Both the position numbers and the translations under genes were made by a program. From positions 288,001 to 352,000 of the forward strand of contig JBBCJC010000003.1 in the NCBI GenBank assembly GCA_037189525.1: 64,000 bases of DNA, read 5' to 3'. Of this stretch, positions 49,069 to 58,295 are shown piece after piece. The number at the start of each line of letters is the position of its first letter. Position 1 is the stretch's first letter. Under the pieces are notes generated by a model. It was not told where the DNA came from. It did no database searches and saw only the letters and a program-made list of their open reading frames with translations. This DNA comes from Gemmatimonadales bacterium (GTDB taxonomy: Bacteria; Gemmatimonadota; Gemmatimonadetes; Gemmatimonadales; GWC2-71-9).

Positions 49069-50556
49069 ATGGCCAAGAACTTCAAGAACTTCATTGCCGG
49101 CGCTTGGACGGTACCGTCCACCGGGACCTACTTCGAGAATCGTAACCCCGCCAATACGCGCGACCTGATCGGCCGGTTCCCGGAGTCGTCGGCCCGCGAT
49201 GTTGCGCGCGCGGTTGCGGCAGCCAAGCAGGGTTTCGAACGCTGGTCTCGGGTTCCCGCGCCGGCGCGCGGCGATATCCTTCGTCGGATCGGTGACGTAC
49301 TGGTCGACCGTAAGGAAGCCTTGGCCAACGCGATGACGCGCGAGATGGGCAAAGTCCTGGCCGAGACGCGCGGCGACGTTCAGGAAGCGATCGACACGGC
49401 CTACTATGCGGCGTCCGAAGGGCGGCGCCTGTTCGGACACGTGGTGCCGTCGGAGCTTCGACGGAAATGGGCCATGAGCTATCGGCGGCCGATCGGCGTG
49501 GTCGGGCTCGTGACGCCGTTCAATTTCCCGCTCGCCATTCCGACCTGGAAAATGTTCCCGGCGCTGCTCTGCGGAAATTCCGTGGTGCTCAAGCCCTCCG
49601 AAGACGTCCCCCATACGTCGAGCCTGCTGGTCGAAATCCTGCTCGAGGCGGGATTGCCGCCCGAGGCGATTCAGCTGGTGCATGGCAAGGGCGCTGCAGG
49701 ACAGGCCCTGGTGGAACATCCCGACGTCGCGGTCGTCTCCTTTACCGGTTCGACCGATACCGGCGCGCTGGTCGGCGAAACCTGCGGCCGGATGCACAAG
49801 CGGTTGTCGCTCGAGATGGGCGGCAAGAACGCGATGATCGTGATGGATGACGCCGATCTCGATCTGGCACTCGACGGCGTGCTGTGGGGGGCGTTCGGTA
49901 CCACCGGCCAGCGCTGCACCGCGACCAGTCGGTTGCTGCTGCACCGGAAGATTCACGATCGCTTCGTGCGGCGGCTGGCCGAAGCGGCCGAAGGTCTCAT
50001 TGTCGGCGACGGCCGCGTGCCCAAGACCCAGGTCGGGCCCTTGATTCACGAGCGGTCGCGCCAGAAGGTCGAACGGTACGTCGCGATCGGCGTGGAGCAG
50101 GGCGCTGAAGTCGTCGTGGGTGGCCGCAAGCCGCGTGGAGCCAAGTATCAGAACGGATGGTTCTACCGGCCGACCATTCTGACGGGTGTGAAGCCCAGCC
50201 ATCGGGTGGCGCAGGAGGAAATTTTCGGTCCGGTGCTGAGCGTCATTCGCTTCAGCAACTTCGATGAAGTGGTGCGGATCAACAACGGGGTCAAGTACGG
50301 ATTATCGAGTGCGCTCTATACCCGCGACGTGAATCAGGGTTTCCGCGCGCTCGAAGAGCTCGACAACGGGATCACGTACATCAATGCGCCGACCATCGGG
50401 GCGGAGGCGCATCTCCCGTTCGGCGGGATCAAGCAGACCGGCAACGGTCATCGTGAAGTCGGCTGGGAAGGGTATGAGTTCTTCTCGGAAACGAAAGTGT
50501 GCTATGTCGATTACTCGGGGACGCTGCAGCGCGCGCAGATCGACAACTACGACTGA
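49069..50556 (+). CDS. Aldehyde dehydrogenase family protein
   Basis: PFNFP, LKPSE, FTGS, LEMGGKN, GQRCTA, EEIFGP. Confidence 0.95.
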   Translation: MAKNFKNFIAGAWTVPSTGTYFENRNPANTRDLIGRFPESSARDVARAVAAAKQGFERWSRVPAPARGDILRRIGDVLVDRKEALANAMTREMGKVLAETRGDVQEAIDTAYYAASEGRRLFGHVVPSELRRKWAMSYRRPIGVVGLVTPFNFPLAIPTWKMFPALLCGNSVVLKPSEDVPHTSSLLVEILLEAGLPPEAIQLVHGKGAAGQALVEHPDVAVVSFTGSTDTGALVGETCGRMHKRLSLEMGGKNAMIVMDDADLDLALDGVLWGAFGTTGQRCTATSRLLLHRKIHDRFVRRLAEAAEGLIVGDGRVPKTQVGPLIHERSRQKVERYVAIGVEQGAEVVVGGRKPRGAKYQNGWFYRPTILTGVKPSHRVAQEEIFGPVLSVIRFSNFDEVVRINNGVKYGLSSALYTRDVNQGFRALEELDNGITYINAPTIGAEAHLPFGGIKQTGNGHREVGWEGYEFFSETKVCYVDYSGTLQRAQIDNYD

Positions 50557-50653
50557 TCCTGTCCTGGCCCCGACGGTGTCCCCCGTTGCGGTCGCCCGAC
50601 CGCGCGGGGTAGCTTGGACCCTACTCCGATCCGCGAGTTGAGGCCAACAGCGT

Positions 50654-51523
50654 ATGCGTGCAATTCGGGTCGGCCCCGGTAAAGGCGGGTCGTCATCCGA
50701 TGAAGGGTCTCTGGACCTCTACCTGCGGGAAATCAGCCGGTATCCGCTGATCCCGCAGGAAGAGGAGATTCGGCTTGCCCAGCGGATTCGTGGCGGAGAG
50801 GAAGAGGCGCTCGACAAGCTCGTGCGCAGCAATCTCCGTTTCGTGGTTTCCGTCGCCAAGAAATATCAGAACCAGGGTGTCTCCCTCTCCGATCTCATCA
50901 ACGAGGGCAACCTGGGTCTCATTCGCGCTGCGCATAAGTTCGACGAAACCAAGGGCATCAAGTTCATTTCCTACGCGGTCTGGTGGATTCGCCAGGCCAT
51001 TCTGCAGGCTTTGGCGGAGCAGAGCAGGATCGTGCGGGTCCCGCTCAATCGCGCCGGCGCGCTGCATCGGATTACCCGTCGGAGCGCGGCACTCCAGCAG
51101 GAACTCGGCCGGCAGCCGACCGCGGCCGAAGTGGCGGAGGGAATGGATATCGAGGTCGAGGAGGTCGAGAAGACGCTCTCCATCTCGCAGAACCATGTCT
51201 CCCTCGATGCGCCGCTCGCTCCCGGCGAGGATAACCGCTTGCTGGATTACCTCGCCGATACCCAGAACCCCGGTCCCGACGCGGAAACGTTCGAACGGGC
51301 GTTGACCCAGTCGATCGAGGATGTGCTCAAAGGGCTCAAGGAACGGGAAGCCAAGATTCTTCGGCTTTATTTCGGACTCGATGGTCCGGAGCCGATGACC
51401 CTGGAAGAGATCGGAGCGGAACTCGGTATTACGCGGGAACGGGTTCGGCAGATCAAGGAAAAGGCCCTGAGCCGCTTGCGCCACGTCAGCCGCTCCAAAG
51501 CGCTCGAAAGCTTTCTGACTTAA
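50654..51523 (+). CDS. RpoD/SigA-family sigma factor, short form without region 1.1
   Basis: LDLYLREI, NLRFVVSVAKKY, KFISYAVWWIRQ, TRERVRQI. Confidence 0.92.
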   Translation: MRAIRVGPGKGGSSSDEGSLDLYLREISRYPLIPQEEEIRLAQRIRGGEEEALDKLVRSNLRFVVSVAKKYQNQGVSLSDLINEGNLGLIRAAHKFDETKGIKFISYAVWWIRQAILQALAEQSRIVRVPLNRAGALHRITRRSAALQQELGRQPTAAEVAEGMDIEVEEVEKTLSISQNHVSLDAPLAPGEDNRLLDYLADTQNPGPDAETFERALTQSIEDVLKGLKEREAKILRLYFGLDGPEPMTLEEIGAELGITRERVRQIKEKALSRLRHVSRSKALESFLT

Positions 51524-51529
51524 GACATC

Positions 51530-52033
51530 ATGGCAACGAACAGTTCATTCGATATTTCGACCGGCGCGGACCTGCAAGAGGTCGACAACGCCGTCAATCA
51601 GGCCATCAAGGAGATCGGGCAGCGGTACGACTTCAAGGGTACCAACTGCACCATCGAGTTCGATCGCGACAAGGCCTTCATCAAGCTCATGGCCGACGAC
51701 GAATTCCGGATGCAGCAGCTGATCGATGTGCTCGAAACCAAGTGTGCCAAGCGCCAGGTGCCGGCCAAGAACCTGAAGCGCGGAGATTTCGAGCCCGGCA
51801 CCGGAACCACGGTCCGTTGTACCCTGACGCTGACGCAGGGGATCGACCAGGACACGGCCAAGAAGATTTCCAAAGGGATCAAGGAGAACGGCTTCAAGAA
51901 AGTCCAGACCCAGATCCAGGGGGACGAGGTACGCGTCATCAGCCCCTCGCGTGACGAGCTGCAGGCTGTCATTGCCTTCCTTCGCTCGCAGGACTTCGGC
52001 ATCGAACTCAAGTTTGGCAACTACCGCGGCTGA
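51530..52033 (+). CDS. yajQ: YajQ-family nucleotide/c-di-GMP-binding protein
   Basis: SFDI....DLQEVDNAV...RYDFKG; KVQ.QIQGD; F.NYR C-terminus. Confidence 0.9.
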   Translation: MATNSSFDISTGADLQEVDNAVNQAIKEIGQRYDFKGTNCTIEFDRDKAFIKLMADDEFRMQQLIDVLETKCAKRQVPAKNLKRGDFEPGTGTTVRCTLTLTQGIDQDTAKKISKGIKENGFKKVQTQIQGDEVRVISPSRDELQAVIAFLRSQDFGIELKFGNYRG

Positions 52034-52034
52034 G

Positions 52035-53255
52035 ATGCGGCTGGCCGGCCTACTGGTGGCCGCGCTGGCGCTCGGTGGCTGTCCCCGGGTCGAGGTTGCG
52101 GCCTTGCCCGAGACCGAAACGGCCGAGCCCGCGGTGCGCGTGGGGCTCGGCCTTCCCGCGGCCGATGTCGCCATCGGGGGCGGCGGGGCCTTGCTCCTGA
52201 CCGGTCGCGACGGCGGGGGATTGGCCGAGATCCCGGCTGGAACGACGGGCGTCGTGGCCGGCAACGGGACTGCCGTCTGGGCGCGGGTCGGCGGGGTGCA
52301 GACCTCGGCGGCCTCCGCGCTCACGATCCGCGCCGTGGATACGGCCGGCACCGTGCGCGTGAGCGGGCGTGACTATCGCGGCGAGGTGTTGGTCACGCCC
52401 TCGCCGGCCGGACTCCTGGTCGTCAATCTGGTCTCCCTCGAGGCCTACGTAGCCGGCGTCGTCAATGCGGAAATGGGGCGACGGGGGGCGCAGGATCTGG
52501 CGGCGCTCTACGCCCAGGCCGTCATCTCGCGAACGGTGGCGATGCGCGCGCTGGGACGCTACCGGGTCCGCGGGTATGACCTGATCAATACCATCGCCGA
52601 TCAGGCCTATGCCGGGGTCGGGTCCGAGACGGATCTGGGCTGGGAGGCCGTCCGCGGCACTCGGGGTGAGGTGCTCACCTACAACGGGACGGTCATCGAA
52701 GGCTTTTTCCACTCGACCTGTGCCGGGCAGACGGAAAACGTCGAGTCCGTCTTTTCCGGCGGGCCGCAGGCCTATCTCCGATCCATCGACGATCGCGGCC
52801 CGGACGGGCGCCCGTACTGCGCGATCTCGCCTCGGTACCAATGGCGCGAGGAATGGACCGGTCCCGCCCTGCAGGAGCTGCTCCGGCGCCAAGCGGGAAG
52901 CGGCGCGGCGGCGTCGCCCCCGTCGGATGTGCGGATCGCGACCCGTTCGGGCACCGGGCGGGTGACCGAACTCGCGTTTACTCGGCCCGGGGCGAACGTG
53001 CCTGTGGCCGGGCAAAATGCCGTCCGGCAGGCGCTCCGGCTGAGCGACGGGGGATGGCTTCGTAGCACCCGTTTTACCCTGCAGGCCACCCGGACCGGCG
53101 GTCGTTTGGTCCGTCTGGTGGCCGAGGGCGGAGGGAACGGGCACGGCGTCGGGATGTGCCAATGGGGGGCGCTCGGCCGGTCCCGGGCCGGGGCATCGTA
53201 TCAGGACATCCTGTTCGCTTATTTTCCCGGGACGGAAATTCGCCGCTTTTTCTGA
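52035..53255 (+). CDS. SpoIID/LytB-domain lipoprotein (lytic transglycosylase)
   Basis: LALGG-C lipobox; LEAYVAGVV.AEM, AQAV..RT, G.GHGVGMCQWGA. Confidence 0.88.
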   Translation: MRLAGLLVAALALGGCPRVEVAALPETETAEPAVRVGLGLPAADVAIGGGGALLLTGRDGGGLAEIPAGTTGVVAGNGTAVWARVGGVQTSAASALTIRAVDTAGTVRVSGRDYRGEVLVTPSPAGLLVVNLVSLEAYVAGVVNAEMGRRGAQDLAALYAQAVISRTVAMRALGRYRVRGYDLINTIADQAYAGVGSETDLGWEAVRGTRGEVLTYNGTVIEGFFHSTCAGQTENVESVFSGGPQAYLRSIDDRGPDGRPYCAISPRYQWREEWTGPALQELLRRQAGSGAAASPPSDVRIATRSGTGRVTELAFTRPGANVPVAGQNAVRQALRLSDGGWLRSTRFTLQATRTGGRLVRLVAEGGGNGHGVGMCQWGALGRSRAGASYQDILFAYFPGTEIRRFF

Positions 53256-53265
53256 GGTCATTGAT

Positions 53266-54348
53266 ATGACGGGTCCTCGCCGATCCGGCCCGCACCCCCG
53301 GCCCACGCCGGGTGGTCACGTGGTCGAGCAGGAAAGCCTCCAATCGCCGGTGCGACTCGGGATCATCGGGGGCGGAGCCATCGTGCAGGTTGCGCACCTG
53401 CCGGTGCTGCGCAAAACCCGGGGCGTCAAGGTTGCCGCGCTCTGCGATGTCGATTTGAGTAAAGCGCGTGCATTGGCGCAACGCGGCGGGATCCCGAGCG
53501 TCTACGACGATTTCGAAGATCTGCTGGCGCACGAAGAACTCGACGCCGTGCTGATTGCCACGCCTAATCATCTCCACGAATCGCATATCCTCGCGGCCCT
53601 CTCGGCCGATCTCGACGTGCTGGTCGAAAAGCCGCTGGCGCTCACCTCGGCCAGTGCGCAGCGCGTGGCGCGCGCGGCCGAGAAGCGCGACCGGGTCGTG
53701 ATGACCGGGATGACCCATCGGTATCGCCCGGACGTGCAGGCAGTGCGCAGCTTCGTCCAAGCGGGAGAACTGGGCGAGATCACCAGCGTGCGCGCCAGCT
53801 GGCATCTGGCCCGGCCGGAACGGGCGCAGCTCGGGTGGCGTCAGAAGCTGAGCCAGGCCGGTGGAGGCGCCATGCTCGACCTGGGGCTCACCATGCTCGA
53901 TCTGGGCCTCTGGCTCGGCAACAACCCGGTTCCCGCCCGAGTCAGCGCCAACCTGAGCCGGCCCGGCGGCGAGCGGAACGTGGAGCAGTCCGGCAGCGCC
54001 TTCCTCGTCTGCGAAAACGGAGCAGCGATTTTCGTCGACGTGACCTGGCGCCACATCGGAGAAGGCGAGCGGTTCGGCGCCGGGATCCGAGGCTCGAAGG
54101 GCACCGCTGGGATCAACCCGCTGCAGGTGTGGAAAGAGTTGCACGGCGTGGCCCACAATGTTTCCCCGACCGGATCGTTCAGCCGGGACAACGCGTTCAT
54201 CGCATCGTTCCGGGCGCAGTGGGCGCATTTCCTCGCCGCGGCCGGGCGCCGCGTGCCGGCGCCGTCGCTCGATGAGCAAGTGCAGGTGCTCCGCGTGCTT
54301 GAAGCGATCTACGAATCGGACGCCAAGGGGCGAGACATCGCGCTGTGA
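53266..54348 (+). CDS. Gfo/Idh/MocA-family oxidoreductase
   Basis: GIIGGG, IATPNHLH, VLVEKP, GGGAMLD; start may be GTG at about 53300. Confidence 0.9.
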   Translation: MTGPRRSGPHPRPTPGGHVVEQESLQSPVRLGIIGGGAIVQVAHLPVLRKTRGVKVAALCDVDLSKARALAQRGGIPSVYDDFEDLLAHEELDAVLIATPNHLHESHILAALSADLDVLVEKPLALTSASAQRVARAAEKRDRVVMTGMTHRYRPDVQAVRSFVQAGELGEITSVRASWHLARPERAQLGWRQKLSQAGGGAMLDLGLTMLDLGLWLGNNPVPARVSANLSRPGGERNVEQSGSAFLVCENGAAIFVDVTWRHIGEGERFGAGIRGSKGTAGINPLQVWKELHGVAHNVSPTGSFSRDNAFIASFRAQWAHFLAAAGRRVPAPSLDEQVQVLRVLEAIYESDAKGRDIAL

Positions 54349-55595
54349 GTTGGCTGGCGTCGTTTTTCCTCGCGGCCGGCATAGCCGCGTCGCCGATCCA
54401 GGCCGGACCTGCCGATTCCGTTCCGGGCAGTGAACTATCCGTCTATCTCCTGACCTTCGATCCCGGCGATCTGGTCTGGGAGCGTTTCGGGCACAACGCC
54501 ATTCGGATCATCGACCACCGGACCGGCGCGGATATCGCCTACGACTACGGCCGGTTCGATTTCGGACGGACCTGGCGGGAGCAAGTCGGGTTCGTTGCCC
54601 GGTTTGCGCAGAAAGACCTCCGCTATTCCATGGGCGAGGCTGATGGGGCCCGCACCCTGGCCGCCTACCAGCGGTTGGGGCGCTCGATCTGGTCGCAGGA
54701 ACTCGATCTCGAACCGGCTGCCAAGCTGGCGATGTACGATTTCCTTCGCTGGAACATCCGCGACGAAAATCGCTACTACGACTACGACTACTACCTCGAC
54801 AACTGTTCGACCCGCCTTCGCGATGTGATCGACCGCGCGGTAGATGGGCAACTCAAAACCTGGGCCGAAAGTCTCCGGACCGACCACACCTACCGCTTCC
54901 ATACCCGCCGGACCACCGAGAACTCGGTCGCGACCTACACGGCTCTCATGTTCGGGCTCGGCCAGCCCGTCGATCAGCCGCTCTCGGCGTGGCAGGAAAT
55001 GTTTCTGCCTATCATGCTGCGGCCGTATCTCAATCAGCTGGTGGTTCGCGATGCGGCGGGAGTCGCCCGGCCGCTCGTCAAGGAGGAGCGGCACCTGGTC
55101 ACCACCACACCGTATTCGGTGGCGGAGGTGCCGTCGTCGTGGCGCGAAGGATATCTGCTGGCCGGATTGATCGGGCTGGCCGTCCTGGTGGGGCTCGGGC
55201 TGATCGGCCGGCGGCGCGCATGGGCCCGGACCGGGTTTGGCGCTCTGGCCACGCTGTGGAGCTATCTGGCAGGTCTGGGCGGCGTCGTGCTGGTGTCGCT
55301 CTGGGCGTTTACCGCGCATGCGGTCAGCTATCGGAATGAGAACGTGCTCCAGCTGAGTCTGCTCTCGATGGCCCTGGCCTTGATACTTCCGGCCGCAGTA
55401 TGGCGACAGGGCCCCCGGCATCGGGTGGCGCTTCGGCTTGCAGCTCTGGTCGTATTGCTCAGCGTTGCCGGGGTGGTGCTCAAAATCCTGCCGGCCTTCG
55501 ATCAGGCCAATCTCGATCTGATCGGGTTCGTGCTCCCGCTGCATCTGGGCCTGCTTGCGGGGCTGGCGGCGGTGGGACCTCGCCGGACGGTATGA
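54345..55595 (+). CDS. DUF4105-domain membrane protein (Lnb-like lipoprotein N-acyltransferase candidate)
   Basis: PG..VWERFGHNAIR, YDYG.FDF, Y.YDYYLDNCSTR, MFLP; C-terminal TM bundle. Confidence 0.78.
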   Translation: MSWLASFFLAAGIAASPIQAGPADSVPGSELSVYLLTFDPGDLVWERFGHNAIRIIDHRTGADIAYDYGRFDFGRTWREQVGFVARFAQKDLRYSMGEADGARTLAAYQRLGRSIWSQELDLEPAAKLAMYDFLRWNIRDENRYYDYDYYLDNCSTRLRDVIDRAVDGQLKTWAESLRTDHTYRFHTRRTTENSVATYTALMFGLGQPVDQPLSAWQEMFLPIMLRPYLNQLVVRDAAGVARPLVKEERHLVTTTPYSVAEVPSSWREGYLLAGLIGLAVLVGLGLIGRRRAWARTGFGALATLWSYLAGLGGVVLVSLWAFTAHAVSYRNENVLQLSLLSMALALILPAAVWRQGPRHRVALRLAALVVLLSVAGVVLKILPAFDQANLDLIGFVLPLHLGLLAGLAAVGPRRTV

Positions 55596-55641
55596 GGGCC
55601 CGGTTGCTCTGCGGAGCGACCGGGGCTCTCGGAGAAACCAA

Positions 55642-56340
55642 TCAACCCGCGTTGAGACGCTTGAGTCCTTCCTGGGCTTCGGTATACTGCGGAAAAGCCT
55701 TGATGGCGGCGCTGTAGAACTCCGCTGCCTTCTTGCTGTCGCCGCGGTCCTGGTAGAGCAGGGCGCGGCTGTAGAGGCCCAGCGCTTCGGTCGGCACATC
55801 GCGGGCACGAGACGCCTGGGCGGCCGCCGCCGGCAGCGCAGGAAGCGAGGTGCCCTCGGTGATCCGGTCGGCGACGGATTGGATGATCCGGAACATCTGC
55901 TTCCGGTCGGACAGCTTGGGGTCGCTGCGCACGACCTTGAGGATCTCGCCGGTTTCGACATCGATGATCCGGGCATCGACCCGGAAGTCTCCGTACAGAT
56001 CGATGAACGTGCCCGCCACCATGTACCGGGCGCCGACCAGCTTACCGATCCGCGCGGCAGTGCGCGCGTCGACCCGCTCGGCGGCGGCGAGACCCTGTTC
56101 GTCCAGGAGCTTCTGAATCTGCTCGCGCTCCACCAGACGCATCGCCGGATTCCGTGCCAGTTCCGACAGCACCATCGCGGCAATGCCTCGGCGCAAGGCG
56201 TCGAAGTCTTCCTTGTCGCGGCCGTAGCTGCCGCCGTTTTCGAACGGCAGAACCGCAACGCCGGGGCGGTTGTCTTGCGCCGCGGCCACCGTCGTACCGA
56301 GCAGCAGGGCGGTGCACAGGGCCAGCATCAAACGGAACAT
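55642..56340 (-). CDS. Secreted CsgG/FlgO/TolB-N-like protein with C-terminal TPR
   Basis: GGAG RBS, signal peptide; VAVLPFEN, LVERE.I..LL.EQ, IGKLVGA, RIIDVETGEI; TPR-like C-terminus. Confidence 0.8.
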   Translation of the reverse strand: MFRLMLALCTALLLGTTVAAAQDNRPGVAVLPFENGGSYGRDKEDFDALRRGIAAMVLSELARNPAMRLVEREQIQKLLDEQGLAAAERVDARTAARIGKLVGARYMVAGTFIDLYGDFRVDARIIDVETGEILKVVRSDPKLSDRKQMFRIIQSVADRITEGTSLPALPAAAAQASRARDVPTEALGLYSRALLYQDRGDSKKAAEFYSAAIKAFPQYTEAQEGLKRLNAG

Positions 56341-56354
56341 GGCGGTCTCCTCAT

Positions 56355-57200
56355 CTAGCAGGACCAGGTCGAACCTTCGATGGCGAGGGCGACGTCGAAG
56401 CGACCACCGAGTTGCACCCGTCGCGTCTCCGCTTCGTCGAGCAACCGCTCCAGATCGTCGTCCGTATGGCTCGGGTCGTGATGGAACAAGATCACCCGAT
56501 CCACGCCCGCCTCGGCTGCCAATTCGATCACCTCGCTGGCGGTCGAATGGCCCCATCCGGCTCGGCTGGCGCGCTGCCGATCGAAATACATGGCATCGTG
56601 CACCAGCGTGTGAGTATGATGCAAAAATCGTACGAGTCTGGCCCAGTCACCGGTGCTTCGGGCGATGGCTAACTCGTTGTCCGTCATATAGCTGAAGCCG
56701 CGATGGCCGGCTTCCAGGCGGATCGAGTATCCGAGTGTCGCCCCAGGGTGACAGAGCGGTGTGGCCTCGACCAGAAATCCGTCCAGGACGCGTAGCGCAT
56801 TGCCGAACGCGGCGGCAGAAATCGATCCGGCCATGGCAGAGCGCGGCACCGGAAACACGGCGGGGTCGAGCAACCGGTCGATCACCTCGTCGAGGGTCGG
56901 CGCGGTCCGCTCCGGGCCGAGGATCGTCAGACGGAAGCCGGGGTGGTGGAGCGGCGCGAAAAAGGGCAGCCCCTGGATATGGTCCCAATGGGTGTGGGAC
57001 AACAGTAGTGTCAGGGCATCGACGGCCGGGTCGAGTGTCTGGCCGAACAGGCGAATGCCGCTGCCGGCATCGAGGACCAGCTGGTGGCCCCGGCCGTCAT
57101 CGACGGAAAGGCAGGGCGTATTCCCGCCGACGCGCGCCGTGCTGCTGCCCGGTGCGGGGATCGACCCGCGCACGCCCCAGCAGCGCACCGTCAGGGGCAT
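56355..57200 (-). CDS. Metallo-beta-lactamase-fold hydrolase (RNase Z-like / cyclic nucleotide phosphodiesterase-like)
   Basis: WGVRGSIP.PG...GGNTPC, DAGSG, SHTHWDHIQG, HPG, TDNE, GWGHS, FHHDP. Confidence 0.88.
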   Translation of the reverse strand: MPLTVRCWGVRGSIPAPGSSTARVGGNTPCLSVDDGRGHQLVLDAGSGIRLFGQTLDPAVDALTLLLSHTHWDHIQGLPFFAPLHHPGFRLTILGPERTAPTLDEVIDRLLDPAVFPVPRSAMAGSISAAAFGNALRVLDGFLVEATPLCHPGATLGYSIRLEAGHRGFSYMTDNELAIARSTGDWARLVRFLHHTHTLVHDAMYFDRQRASRAGWGHSTASEVIELAAEAGVDRVILFHHDPSHTDDDLERLLDEAETRRVQLGGRFDVALAIEGSTWSC

Positions 57201-57203
57201 GGC

Positions 57204-57881
57204 TCAGGCCCGTTGCGCAGCGTTGCGCAGCTGGTCGGGCTCGAGCAGGACGATCTCGCGCCGATTGACGGAGATGACCTTCTGCACGGCAAGGCTCCGC
57301 ATCGTCCGCGACACCGTCTCCCGGCTCGACCCCACCATCTGGGCGATCGTGGCATGAGTCAGCTTGCGGGTAATCCGCTGGCCGTCTTCTTCCCGCGCCA
57401 GCTCGAGCAGCAGGTGGGCAATCCGGCCGTTGACGTCGAGCAGCGCCATGCTGGCGATCGTTTCGTCGGCGCGGCGCAGGCGGCGGGTCAGTTCCTTGAG
57501 GAGTGCCACGCCCAGTTCCGGCGAGGCACGGAGCCTCGCCTGGAAGTCCTCACGCCGGAGCTGCAGCAGGGTCGCATCCGTCATCGCAATGACGTGGGCC
57601 GAGCGCGGTTCGTCGTCGAGCAGCGCCATTTCACCGAAGAAGCCGCTGCTCGCGAGCACCGAGAGGATGACCTCGCGTCCGTCTTCGGCAAAGACCGCGA
57701 CTTTGACCTGACCTTGGGCGATCAGGAACATGGCGTCGCCCGGATCGCCCTGGGTGACGATGACGGCGCCGCGATGGAACTGCCGCTCCCTGAGCAGACC
57801 GGCGAGTGCTTGCGCTTCCGGGTCGCTCAGGTGCCGAAACAACGGGACCGTGCGGAGCACGTCGATCGGTGCGATGGTCAT
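57204..57881 (-). CDS. Crp/Fnr-family transcriptional regulator, CRP-like
   Basis: FFGEMAL....RSA cNMP pocket; HTH with SRETVSR recognition helix. Confidence 0.92.
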   Translation of the reverse strand: MTIAPIDVLRTVPLFRHLSDPEAQALAGLLRERQFHRGAVIVTQGDPGDAMFLIAQGQVKVAVFAEDGREVILSVLASSGFFGEMALLDDEPRSAHVIAMTDATLLQLRREDFQARLRASPELGVALLKELTRRLRRADETIASMALLDVNGRIAHLLLELAREEDGQRITRKLTHATIAQMVGSSRETVSRTMRSLAVQKVISVNRREIVLLEPDQLRNAAQRA

Positions 57882-57936
57882 GTGCCGTGCAGCATAGGAC
57901 AAATCGGGACCCGAAGCAAGCGACCGATCGCGGGGG

Positions 57937-57952
57937 TGTGATGCAGATCACC
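57937..57952. promoter_or_regulatory. CRP-type binding site upstream of the crp-like gene
   Basis: TGTGA-TGCAGA-TCACC (9/10 match to TGTGA-N6-TCACA), 56 nt upstream of ATG 57881. Confidence 0.65.
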
Positions 57953-57977
57953 ATCCCGGTACGGCCAAGGGGTCGGC

Positions 57978-58006
57978 TTGCCTCAACCGGGGCCCGCTGC
58001 TAACTT
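57978..58006 (+). promoter_or_regulatory. Sigma-70-like promoter of the rpmE operon
   Basis: TTGCCT-N17-TAACTT. Confidence 0.5.
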
Positions 58007-58070
58007 TAGAGGCTTTCCCGGAGCTGAGAAGTCGTTACCGGGTAACGCTTTAGCCAGTAGGGAGTTGCTT

Positions 58071-58292
58071 GTGAAGCCGAATCTTCATCCCCTCTACAAC
58101 AAGATCGTCGGCAAGTGCGCCTGCGGGAACGAGTTCGAAGTTCGTTCGACCGTCGCGACGATCAACGTCGAGGTCTGCTCGGTCTGCCATCCGTACTACA
58201 CGGGTAAGCAGCGCCTGGTCGATACTGCCGGTCGGGTCGATCGCTTCCGCCGCAAGTACGGTGGGGGGGCGGCAGCAGCGCCCAAGGAGTAA
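58071..58292 (+). CDS. rpmE: 50S ribosomal protein L31, Zn-binding type
   Basis: GTG start [31 protein letters not shown]. Confidence 0.95.
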   Translation: MKPNLHPLYNKIVGKCACGNEFEVRSTVATINVEVCSVCHPYYTGKQRLVDTAGRVDRFRRKYGGGAAAAPKE

Positions 58293-58295
58293 GCC

